64,000 bases of DNA, taken from NCBI GenBank assembly GCA_964016885.1, contig OZ024749.1, positions 38,998,001-39,062,000 of the forward strand, written 5' to 3'. The position numbers were made by a program, and so were the translations under genes. The notes below the pieces were generated by a model. It had not been told where the DNA came from. It saw only the letters and a program-made list of their open reading frames with translations, and ran no database searches. Positions 38,240 through 52,286 of this stretch are shown one piece after another. The stretch comes from Eledone cirrhosa. Taxonomy: Eukaryota. The number at the start of each line of letters is the position of its first letter. The stretch's first letter is position 1.

Positions 38240-40395
38240 TATATGAATATAGTGTGTGTATATATATATCATCATCATTTTTTACGTCTGCTTTTCTCTG
38301 CTTGCAAGGATATATATATATATTGATGTTTCTGTTTATTGTTTGGGTTCAATCAAATATTTCCTTCTAGGACCAGTTTGAACTGGTTTACACTGGTAGG
38401 CAGACACACACACACACACACACATACACAGACACACACACACACACACACACACATACACAGACAATGTACACCTGAAATAAAAAAAAAAAAAAAGATA
38501 TTAGCTTTGGTTCAAATTGTTTTACTATCATCTTGTAGTGTTACACTTGATATATAACTCAATAACAGTTTCTAAATTAGATCTGAAGTTGACATCTGTG
38601 TTGTCTAAGTGTGAATCAGGCTGTCGTTGGTTCAATGCTCTCTCTTCCCCCCCCCCCCCCCTCTCCTGTGTGCTGTCTAAGTGTGAATCAGGCTGTCGTT
38701 GGTTCAATGCTCTCTCTCTCTCTCTGTTATCTAGGAATGAATCATGTCGTTGGCTCAGTCTTTAGGCTGAGACACTACTACCACACTATGGCTTCTTAAC
38801 ACATTGATAATATTATTTTTGTATATTAATTATTCATTTATTACATTAATGATGAAGAAGGCACATGCCTTGGTGGCTAGAGCATTGTTCTTGCAAGAGG
38901 GGGGGGGGGGGGAGTTGTGCGTTCGATTCTTGGACCAGGTGATGCATTTTGTCCTTGAGCAAGACACTTTATTTCCTGTTACTCCAGTTTACTCAGCTGT
39001 AGAAATGAGTTGTGATGTCATTGGTGCCAAACTCTATCAGCCTTTGCTTTTCCCTTGGTCCTTGGACAACATCTGTCGCATGGAGAGGGGAGACTGGTAT
39101 GCATGGGCAACTACTGGTCTTCTACAAACAATCTTGCCTGGACTTGTGCCTTGGAGGCGAACTTTCTAGGTACAAATCCCATAGTCATTCGTGACTGAAG
39201 GGGGTCTTTACCCTTTTACCCCTTATATCAATGATGATGATGGTATAACAAATATTTCCCTAAAATTTTATACACAACTTTTTCCCTTAAAACCCACTAC
39301 AGTTTCTTAACTGTTAGCATCCTATATCCCACAAAACCACATTAGCATGACATTCTTGAAAAGGGGAAACAAAAAACAATACTTTGAATGCATCACATTA
39401 AATATTAAAGTCTTTTCTGTAATACTCTCTTTTAATACTGCAAATTTTCACAATAATCTGTCCACTAGTAAAGATAATATAAACATTTGAATTACCAAAT
39501 TCATTTTTAGATATTTTCTACTAAATCATTTCAGTATGTTAAGAATTAAAATCAACTTGTGGATGATTATTGCATTACATATTATACTAATTTTATTTTA
39601 TTGTCTATATTTGTAGAAATGTCTCCAGCTGCAGTTAGGAGAATCGGTCTGGCATGCTAAACAACAGATACTTGCCAGTTTTGGATCAGTGAGTTACAAC
39701 TTTCTTTCTTTTGTCTTCATATTTTTTTTTTATCACACATGAAAATTTAAGCTGGTTATTTCAGGGTGAGACTCTTTCTCTTGGGCTGTCATGTTGAGTG
39801 TATATGATTGCTGTTTTAGCTCAGATATATGTTTTAAGTTTCTGGCCAGAGGTTGGGTGGGTAAAGCTCTCTTTTGGATATATCCCATCTGGAAACGATA
39901 GGAAAGTACTTCTGAGATAGGTGAGGCTACATTCTCCCCATACAACAGTTATACTGATGACAATGAAGGCACATTATGCAGATTCGACTGGCTATTTTAG
40001 TTAAGTCCTAGTTTGTGGTTGATATGAATACCATTTGATTATAACTCACTTTGTGGACAGAAGGATAAGGGTCCTTACTTGTCTATCAATGAACAGACAG
40101 TTAGCCATGAAACATCATCATCATCATCTTCGTTTAACGTCCGTTTTCCACGCTAGCATGGGTTAGACGGGAGTTGTCCCACTCGAGGCATGTTTTTCTA
40201 TCTACAAAGAGACTAACAAAGTGTTTTAGACATTTATCAAAATTTTCACAATGAAGTTTATAAACTATGTCCAATTATAAATATATAAATATATATATTT
40301 ATAGACCTTAATGAGCTACAAGAACATGAGCTACATGTAACCTGGAAAAACATATGTTGTTCATTTAAATGTACAATTAACAGTCTTGGTTGTTT

Positions 40396-40442
<47 letters not shown>

Positions 40443-41611
40443 GATATTAACAAATGGAAACTATATTTATAAAACCATATTTATTTCATTATACATATTT
40501 CAAGGACACCAAATTAAATTATGCTTTCATCAGATTAAATATAATATAGAGCAGTTTTATAAATAAATATTGACATACCCTTAAAGAATGCAACCATTAC
40601 TGTTGGAAGCTCCCATAATTTAACTTGGTGTCCTTGAAATATGTTACTAGTTAGACCATTAGAAACTAGTTAGACCATTACTCAACAAAGTACTTGATAC
40701 TTCTAGTTACCTGTATCTGTGAGGTCTTCTCATTACCTGTAACTATGAGGACTTCTAGTTACCTGTAACTATGAGGACTTCTAGTTACCTGTAACTATGA
40801 GGACTTCTAGTTACCTGTAACTATGAGGACTTCTAGTTACCTGTAACTATGAGGTCTTCTCGTTACCTGTAACTATGAGGACTTCTAGTTACCTGTAACT
40901 ATGAGGTCTTCTTGTTACCTGTAACTATGAGGTCTTCTCGTTACCTGTAACTGTGAGGTCTTCTCGTTACCTGTAACTATGAGGACTTCTAGTTACCTGT
41001 AACTATGAGGACTTCTAGTTACCTGTAACTATGAGGACTTCTAGTTACCTGTAACTATGAGGTCTTCTTGTTACCTGTAACTATGAGGACTTCTAGTTAC
41101 CTGTACCTGTAAAGTCTTCTCCCTCATCTGTATAACAAATCAATATTTCTGTGTTTTCCAAGGAACTCCGAGATGGATACAACTATGGATTATATTGTCC
41201 TCCACAAAATGGTAAAGCTGGGAAGTTCCTGGATGAGGAACGATTGCTCAGAGAGTATCCTCTGTCAGGTCCTATTGGGTATTTGGAGGTAAGATCACAC
41301 AGTTTTCCTCCTTATCATCATCATCATTGCCATCATCAGTAGCAGCAATGCTACAATCACCATCTTTGTTCTTATGTCCACATTTATATGGTATGGGTTG
41401 GATGAGACATTTTAAAGAATTTTTTTCTATCATCAAGTTCCCTTCTTGATGTCAACCTATTCTATTTTTAGAAGTATGGTGTATTATGTATATATATATA
41501 TTACGTGTGTATATATATATATAAATATATATATTATGTGTGTATATATATATATTATGTATATATGTATATATTATGTATATATATATATTTATATTAT
41601 CTATATATTAC

Positions 41612-41676
<65 letters not shown>

Positions 41677-41749
41677 ATTATGTATATATATACTCTGCTA
41701 TGTATTGAGTACCTTACTTACTGTGGTTACCTCCAATTCAACCCGGAAT

Positions 41750-41793
<44 letters not shown>

Positions 41794-42960
41794 GTATATA
41801 TGTATATATTATGTATACAATTAGATTTTATATGTATATATTATGTATGTATGTATATATATATATATATCTATATTATATATATATGTATATATTATGT
41901 ATACATATAGATTTTATATATATATATTATGTATATATGTATATATTATGTATACACATAGATTTTATATGTATATATTATGTATATATGTATATATTAT
42001 GTATACATATAGATTTTATATGTATATATTATGTATGTATGTATATATATATATCTATATATAAATGTCAGGTCACCAGTTGGTGCTACTGGTAACATGT
42101 ATCCCAGTACAACCTGCCTCATGGTCGGGTCGTTGGCGACTAAACTGGCAACCCCACCAAGGTTTCTTGGTGAGGAGGGCGACTTTGGACATCCTAAAAA
42201 CAAAACCTGTCAAAGGAGCTCTTAAGAGTCAATGGCCATCCAAAATCACCGGGAGAGATGACCCCTTAGCCTTTGTCAAGGCAGAATTCTAGGAGAAGGA
42301 AAACTCTGCTATAACACCTGCAACTCTGATGGTATCCAATGATGTTGACTTGTTCTTCTTTTTGGTAAATATCATCTTGGTTAAGTGAGTGGGACTGACT
42401 TTGTGCAGTGCCTTTGCTCACTATAAAAGCTTCACGGCACAAGCATTGCTTTATATCTGGAGATCTCTCTGCACTTGTCGTCACATGGTACCATGGGCCC
42501 AGCACTATGTGTCAATAATTGTCACAAGTGTAGTGTTTGTACCAGAGTTTTCAAGTCGCTGGCTGGACTAAAAATTCACACTCGTTCAGCGCATCGGTAG
42601 GAGTTCTCCTACATGGATATAAAGTAGTGGCCGTACTCGAAAACGAGTTGGCAGCCACCATATCTATATATATATATTATGTATATATGTATATATTATG
42701 TATACATATAGATTTTATATATATATATTATGTATATATGTATATATTATGTATACATATAGATTTTATATGTATATATTATGTATGTATGTATATATAT
42801 ATATATATCTATATATATATATATTTTGTATATATGTATATATTATGTATACATATCGATTTTATATGTATAATGTATGTATGTATATATATATGTCTAT
42901 ATCTATATATATATATATTATGTATATTTGTATATATTATGTATACATATAGATTTTATA

Positions 42961-43009
<49 letters not shown>

Positions 43010-46000
43010 ACATATATATATATAATATTTAAGGTGGCAGTGTCATTAGAACATTGAATTAAACCCTTTCAGCTATTTGTTCCAGCTCTCTATGTATCTG
43101 AATTTAAATCCTGCTGAGATCAACTTTACTTTTCATCCTTTCGAGGTCAATAAATAAAATATCTGTATAATGCTTGGATCGATTCTTCTTCATCTTCTCT
43201 CTCTCTCTCCCTCCCTCCCTGTTTCTCATGCACACACACACATACACATACACACACAGAAATTAGCTAATTTCAACACTAAGTTTTGATTCTTCTTCAT
43301 TTTCTCCTCCTCTCCCTCTCTCATGCACACACACATACATACACACACACACATATATAGAAATAAGCTAGGTTCAAACATGGAGAGAGAATGGGCTCTG
43401 CCAGGTTTAAATGCCTAAGACATGACATACGTCAGGATGGCATCTCTATAACTCTATTAAGAGTGCAGCGCTGCCCATGACATGGGAAGGTCTATACCAC
43501 TCATCTTTCTCCTTTTTTCTGATACCATTTACCTTCCTTAAAATTCTAATCTTTGTTCAAGTTTTAATATTTTCTATTTCAGTTTCTATTTAATATATAT
43601 TTGCTGTTTTTGTTTCAGTTCAAGTTTAAACGCCGCGTTTACCGGAGTATGGAACTAAACACACGGAAACTAAAGCAGATACACAATAAAGTAAGTTGAA
43701 AGCATGAATTTGGCATAGTGGGGCTTGGTGGTTAGGGTATTGGACTCGCAATATAAGGTCATCGTGGTAATGGTGGTGGTCGTTGCGGTGGTCATCGTTG
43801 TAATGAGGGGGGTGTAATTCCTATGTCTAATGACTGTCACAAAAGAGGTTGTGTAGTGGATAAGACTGAAAGGAATGAAGACAAATACATTCCTCCTTGA
43901 CTTTTTCGAGTTCCAGTTGGAAAGGGAGGTAATGGTGGAGAGAGAAGTGTTGTCATCCCTTTCCCTAGTATATTTGTTGAAGGATGGGTGAATGTAGTAA
44001 GAATGGCCTAAGTGTATGGGCCTATCCTAAACATATACGTGTGGACTGGAGAGAACGAAGGAGAGGGGGATATATGCCTATGGTGCCCCTAGTGATCTAA
44101 GATCTGTGGGGTTCCTGGTGATCTAAGATCTGTGGGGTTCCTAAATTATCCCTATTTAGTGTTCCCACCCTCCTCTATTGGACAGTTCTATTGTTGTAAA
44201 TTTGTTGTTTTCTGTTCACTGTTTACCTGGCTATATGTAAGTCCATAATGTCAATGTTTATTGTATTATTATTATTATTTTTATTAAGGCGGTAGATTGG
44301 CAGTATCGGTAGAGGGTCGGACGCCATGCTTTGACGCATGGAGTTACGGCCCTTGCCATTCTGAGTTCAAATCCCGCCGAGGTTAACTTTGCTTTTCATC
44401 CTTACGGGGTCAATAAAATAAAGTACCAGTAATGCACTGGGTAATTGCTGGCCTTGTGCCTAAAGTAGAAACAATTATTATTATTATTATTGGGCAGTAG
44501 ATTGACAGTATTGGTAGAGCATCAAGCAACATGCTCTGCAGCACAGAATTATGTCTCTTTGCATACTGAGTTCAAATCCCGCTAAGGTTAGCTTTGCTTT
44601 TCATCCTAACGGGGTCAATAAAACAAAGCAACAGTCATGCTCTGGGATCAATTTAATCGATTTTCCTTTCCCCCAAAATTGTTGGTTGTGCCTATACTAG
44701 AAATCCTTATTATTATTATTATTATTATTCCAGGCTAATCTGAAACAATTTATGGATGCTGTCAAACATGGAAATAAAGATAAAGTGGATAAATTCCTCA
44801 CAAAAGGTCTTGATCCTAACTATATTGATAGAGATAGTGGAGGTAAGATGCTTCAACTACACTATTAACTCCCTGTTTTGTTGTTTGTCTATCAGAAAAT
44901 CAATGAAGATGATGACATTGGCTACATCCAGTTTACAATAGATACATTGTTTCCCTGTATGTTGTAATAGGGGACTAAAAGGGTTGGCAACAGGAAAGGC
45001 ATCCAGCTTCCAGCCATAAAACATTGTCTTAGAGTTTATTTTTAATCTTTAACTTCCTCTACACATTTTGTTGTTTATCTTGATATCTAACTGCAGAGTG
45101 CTGGAAACTACTCTAGATACTCATCTATGTCACCTCACCACTTTGTTGCTTGTAATATTATCGCTTCAGTCAGTAGCATGTCTAGTAATGAGAGACAGGG
45201 GGCGTGTGTTTACCTTGGGTAGTATGTTTGGTCCAATGCACTGAAAAATGTTGGAGACAGAAAACTCAAGAACCATATCATGTGACACAAACTTCAGCTG
45301 TGCCACTGGCCCTTGCATGAATCACTTGCTGCTTTTTATAAATACTTGTTCAGCTGTAGTTTGAATTTTAAAAAAAAGAAGCGATTTAACTGAAATAATC
45401 CCAGTCATTGCCAATACAGTCTATCAAAGTTCTGGAACCATAAATATAATAATGTGTTTCGATGATCTATGTTTACAATGAACAGATTTATCACTGCTAT
45501 CAACTGTGGATATATTTAAATAATTATAAAATGTTGTAGTTTGCTTGAAGCATTGTATATGATATATAATGTGGAAAGAGATAGAAGGCTAAAAAATGCA
45601 AATGGACTGTAAGATGAGGTAACAAAAAAGTAAGTTACCTGGTTATCTTTGTTTTGTTTTTTTGTTGTTGCTTTTCTTTCTTCTGTCCTAATATATCGGG
45701 ACCTAAAATTCCCTTCTTCAGAGTTTAATGAACTTTCAGAGAATAATGTTCCTGTTTTCTCTTTGGTTTTTAAATTTCTTTAATTGTTTCTAAGCGTTTT
45801 TTTAATGGTTATTTCACTATTCATGAGAATAACGCCAATTGCCATTGTAGTATTTCACAAAATCAATTTTCTAAATATAATTTAAATATAGGATAATAAT
45901 CTAATGCATTTTCTAATATAAACACTTTAAAACAAATAGTTTAATATTATAGAACCAAGAGGCAGTTTCAGGAAGTTGAACATATTACCAGAAATTATCA

Positions 46001-47086
46001 ATTACAATGAAGGTATTTAGGGGACTTATAGATTCAAAGGAAATTCTAGTAGTTTTTAAATCTAACATTTTGAGCTTACCATTTCATATTTTTAGTTATT
46101 TAAAAAAATATTTTTTTTTCCCCCAGAATCTCCCCTAACTCTATCCTGCACCCTCAGTTCAGATAAAAGTCGGTCAATGATTATCACTTTGGTCAGTGGA
46201 GGAGCTCATATGGACTTTCGCAACAGACATGGATTCACACCAATGCACAAAGGTGCTATATGTTCTAATCAGGAATCAATAAAGGTTGGTACCTCATATA
46301 TATAATATATATACACAATCTCATTCTCTCTATATCTCTATCTATATACCTATATTTATATTATTCGAGTAAAGAAACGTTGGTTGATCAATTAATCGAC
46401 CGGCTGTAGTGTAAACAGACATATATATATATGTCTGTCTTAAGCCAGAAGGCTCATTTGGCCAGTGCTTATCACGGTTTCATGGCATAAAGCGACTGAG
46501 AGTACAAGACTCTCCCCTGGACAGGATGCCAGTCCATTGCAGGGTTAAACCGCCAGCTATTGCTGGTACTCATTTTCAGCTGAGTAAACTGGAGCAACAT
46601 GAAATAAAGTGTCTTGCTCAAGGAAACAACACATCACCCGGTCTGAGAATTGAACTCACAACCTTTCGATTGCAAGCCTACTACTCTAACTACTAAGCCA
46701 CGCACCTTCACTATATATATTCTGGTTATCACTTATTTTTTATCATTTATTTTGTTTTGACCTGTTTAGGTTGTTTTGGTTTTTGGCTTGGGTGGTTAAT
46801 GCTTTCTTGACCACCTTTTCAGTTTTGTATGGCTTCTTAACACATTGTTTAGCTCTGGTTTTTAACTATTGAGCACTTTGCCAGTATCATTTCTGACTTT
46901 TGCGTTTCGCTTCGCTTTTCCTGCCCGCTGAAAATGCGATTCTCGCTGAATATTTATTTGTATATATATATATATATATGTGAATGAAGTAATTCCATCG
47001 GAAAAGTCCAGGAAAAAAGAGTGCTCTATGCAGGTAACAGAGCTTAATAGTTACTATATATATATATATATAACTATATATATATA

Positions 47087-47122
<36 letters not shown>

Positions 47123-47213
47123 CTGTTCAGTTTGTTTACAAACGAACAAAGCGGCGTTATAATAAGTGTCCGCTAAACTGATACGTGCATATATGTATGT
47201 GTACCTGTATGTA

Positions 47214-47255
<42 letters not shown>

Positions 47256-47301
47256 TGCTACTGTACGTCTGTATACATATATGTATGTACGTATACACAC
47301 A

Positions 47302-47338
<37 letters not shown>

Positions 47339-47723
47339 GCAAGCTTGGAAAAGTAGACATAAAATGGTGTTCAGGCATATATATATATATATTGTGTTCA
47401 GGCATATATATATATATATATTGTGTTCAAGCATATATATATATATATAAAATATGTGCATGTGTGACAGTCTTCACTAACAATGTTACTTCCTGGTTTT
47501 GACTTACTTCTGGGGGGGAAATTCTTGTTATTGACATTCACTCAGGTGTAGCAATATACACTTTTTATTTTTTTTTATTGGTTTCATGCATTAGACTGTT
47601 GTCATTGAATTTGAGGTATTTAGTCAATTAAATCAACCCCAATATTTATTTTATTTTTAAATCTACTACTTATTTGCTCAATGTCTACCAAGTCCTACTC
47701 GATTGCATGTGACAGCTGTTGTA

Positions 47724-47754
<31 letters not shown>

Positions 47755-48201
47755 ATAAAGAATTTATATCTAGTAACATATATATATACATACAGATGCA
47801 TATCAATGCTAACAGATATATAGGTTTTGTCTTAGTAACATTGTGGTTCAATGCATGGGGTTGCAGAACAATAATATGAGAAACGTAAAATAAGAAAATT
47901 ATAAAATTAACTTACTGAATATATATATATAGTAATAATTGTTTCTATTTTTGGCACAAGGCCAGCAATTACCCAGTACATTACTGGTACTTTATTTTAT
48001 CGACCCCGTAAGGATGAAAGGCAAAGTTAACCTCGGCGGGATTTGAACTCAGAATGGCAAGGGCAGTAACTCTATGCGTCAAAGCATGGCGTCCAACCCT
48101 CTACCGATACTGCCAATTCACCGCCCTTATATATAGTAATAATAATAATATATATATATAGTAATAATAATAAATATATATATATATATATATATACACA
48201 C

Positions 48202-48238
<37 letters not shown>

Positions 48239-49902
48239 CTTGTGTAATGCTTGTGAGTGTGCATGTGTTTGCATGTGTAGTCTATGCAAGCATGTGTGTG
48301 TGTAAAGATATGTATGCATTGAGTGTACACAAGCATGTGTGTGTGCAAGCCTAAGTATGTCTGTGAGTGTCTGCTTGTATGTATGTGCAAGTATGTGCAT
48401 GTGTGTGTTAATGACTGCATGTGTCTATGTGTGTTCACGTATGTGAGCATGTGTGTGCAAGCATGTGTGTGTGTGAGTGTCTGCATGTTTGTATGTGTAT
48501 TAGTATCTGCATGTATGTGTGTGTTCAAGTATGTGTTTATGTGTGTACAAGTATGTGTCTGTGTGTGTGCAAGTATGTGTGTGTGTGGGAGTGTCTGTAT
48601 GTGTATGTGTGTATGTATGTGTATGTGTGTACAAGTATGTGTTTGTGCAAGTATGTGTGTGTGGGAGTGTCTGTATGTGTGTGCAAGTATGTGTTTATGT
48701 GTGTGCAACTATGTGTCTGTGTGTGTGGGAGTGTGCAAGTATGTGTGTGTGGGAGTGTGTGTATGTATGTGCAAGCATGTGTGTGAATGTGTGTTTATTT
48801 GTGTCTTTACTTCACAACTACCCCCAATATATATTTTACTTAACCAAAATATGAAATGAAATGACTAAACTCCAACACAGCTTTACTGAATTCATGTCTC
48901 TTGTATTGCTCAGACACTGTTAGATCTAGGAGCCTCTCCCAACTACAAAGACTTGAGATATTTGACACCCCTCTATTATGCCGTCAGCAAAGATGATCCA
49001 GTATGTGCAGAATTACTATTAAATGAAAGAGCCATCATTGGAACTACAGATGAACAGGGATGGTTTGAGATTCACCAGGTAAATATAGATTCGTGCCAAA
49101 TTAGGAAAATATACTTTGCTGTTTAAACAAACGCCTACATCAAATATGACTCAACCATGTTTAAAGAGAATTAGATTTCTTTGAAGTAAAGGTAGACAAC
49201 CTAGTGGTTAGGGTGTTAGTCATATATTTATTTGTAAGATCCTGGGATTAATTCTTGTTCTAGTAATGTACTTTTTTGTCATGTATAATGTCTTTTAATG
49301 TATAAAGAAAATTAATTGTCACAAGAATGCTACCACTTAAAATAAAATTTTGCTGGAGATAGATTAACAAAATTTAATAAGGGTGGGTGAGATGAGGATG
49401 AATAAGAACAGGGAGTGGGTTGGGAAAAATCTGAAAAATTAATAAGCAAGGGTGGGGGAAGATTATTCAAGACCTGAGAGTACAGGCAGAAGCTGGGGGC
49501 AGGGGTGGGTTATACTTCTGATAGTCTAGCATCCCATGAAACTGTGATAAACTCTGACCCGTGTCCAATCCATTCTTGCATTGGAAAATGGACATAAAGC
49601 TCTTATGTATTCTGAAACTATTGAAATTACTCTTCCATAATGTAATTGTTACTTAAACATGTTTTTATATATTTCCATTGAAGTCATGTCGCAGCGGTAA
49701 AGTTCAAATTTTGGAACATTTAATATATTACGGAGCTGATATGGATGTGCAGAATGCAAGTGGAAATACACCACTGCACATTTGTGCAGTTACAAATCAG
49801 GTTTGTGAATTCTGAATAAAGTCTTATTAGTTGGGAAGAAGTAAATGAGGGTTTCAACATATTGGACATAAATCCTTCTTCAGGAAATACCAAGTTCGGA
49901 GA

Positions 49903-49960
<58 letters not shown>

Positions 49961-51155
49961 GGAGGTGAGTTTTATTGTAGTACAATAAAGCAATGCAGAT
50001 ATCGGATAAAAAGCACTCTACAGTTTGTGGGACTGGAGTATGCATAATATAAGATCAAAAGATGGTTAAAGGAGTTCAATATATTTTATTATGCGCATTT
50101 CAAAATATTATTGCATGATGATGTTTGTTTTTGAAATGCGCATAATAAAATATATTGAACTCCTTTAACCATCTTTTGATCTTATATTATATATATATAT
50201 ATATAGTTCAAGGTAACAACAAAACAAAGATACAAAGAGTCTTAACAAAATGAATATGGCCTCAGATTTTTTATTGATATAATGCGCCGGCTTACACTTT
50301 TACTCAGGCAGTTGAGCGGTTTCTTTTATCCACTTCACAACCGACAGACCATAATGTGGTCCACATATCCTTGTTTAGTTAACCCCTTATTATATATATA
50401 TATATATATACAATGATATTAAATAAATGGAAACTATATTTATAAAACCATATTTAATATCATTGAATATTATACTCCAGAAAACTTGTCGAGTGCTTCG
50501 AATCAGTTATAAACATTTATATTTGTTGAATTACCAACAAATTGAATATCCCATTTGCTTATATATATATATATATATAACATCATCATCACTGTTTAAC
50601 GTTCATTTTTTCCACGCTAGCATCGGTTAGATGGGTTGTCCCGTTTGAGGCAAGTTAGGTCAAGTGACCGTGTCATGCTCACACAGAACTCTTTCTTGCT
50701 TGGTTTCTACGGCTGGATGTCCTTCCTAATGCCAACCACATTTACAGTGTGGGCTGTATGTTTTTGTTGTGATTCCTACATGGCCACTTTACAGTGTGGA
50801 CTAGGTGCTTTTTCTCCATGTATATATATATATGGAGTTCCTTATATTCTGAAGTAGGGTATATATATACCCTACTTCAGAGTATAAGGAACTCTCTTAG
50901 AAAAATGTTTCTCTTTGGCATTAGATTTAGTTTTATATATATATATATATAAACAGTCCTATACGAGCAGGACAACCAATCTTGCCTCAAGTGGGAAAAC
51001 TCCTGTCCAAACCCATGCAAGCATGGAAGATGGACGTTAAATGATGATGATGATGATGATGGAGGGACGTATATATGTATGGTGCCTAGATATAGTATGT
51101 ATGTTATGTGTCTATATTAATATATGTATATGTATTTTAATCCTCTTTCTTTCTC

Positions 51156-51187
<32 letters not shown>

Positions 51188-51858
51188 GGAACAAGTAGGA
51201 CCCCGACGGCTGAGCTCAAGCCGTTTGGACGGCTAATTCTACACTAAAAAAAAAAAAAAAAATCAGCCGTCGGGGTCCTACTTGTTCCTATTACCCACTC
51301 TACTACCCTAAGTATTGAGTACTTTGGTGCGTTATGGTCCATTTGGTTCCTTACCACATTTCCTTCATTATATATATCATCATCATCATCATCATTTAAC
51401 GTCCATATTCTACGCTCGCATGGGTTTGGACGGGAGTTTTCCCACTTGAGGCAAGAGTGGTTGTCTTGCCCGCATAGGACTGTCTGGCAGGTTTTCTACG
51501 GCTGGATGCCCTTCCTAACACCAACCACATTTACAGTGTGGGTCTGGGAGGTTTTTACCGTGTTACCTACACGGCCACATTACAAGCGTGGACTGTGTGT
51601 TTTTTTTTGTCGTGACACCTACACGACCTCATTTGTTTCGGCCTGGATGTTGTGGTACCAACATAACTTCACATTGAAAGGGGTGGTTTGGATGGGGTGG
51701 GGGTAGTGGGACGGGGGTGTATTTTGTTAGAGGTGCCTACTGACTGTAGTAGGTTTCACTTTGTACTTAGGTAAGGCGGGTCTTCTCTATTACTGTGTAG
51801 CGCCAAAAATCTCGGTCCAGTGACATTGTCTTGGAGAGGTGTAAGTGTGTGAGGTCAG

Positions 51859-51913
<55 letters not shown>

Positions 51914-52243
51914 ACACACATGGCATATGTCAAAATGCAGTATAACAGTAGTTTGAGTGACAAAACAACAGCAGTGACAGGAGTTACTATACCCCATACC
52001 CCCATCCTCCTCCTCTCAATCTTATCTTTTTTGTTTTGTTTTGTAAGTCGGTTGGTTTTGCTTTTATTCTGCATTTATTTATGTATGTATGTATGTATGT
52101 ATGTATGTATGTATGTATGTACGTATGTATGTATGTATGTACGCGTGTGTGTGTGTGTATGTATGTATGTACGTACGTATGTATGTATGTATGTATGTAT
52201 GTATGTATGTATGTACGTATGTATGTACGTTCGTATGTATGTA

Positions 52244-52286
<43 letters not shown>

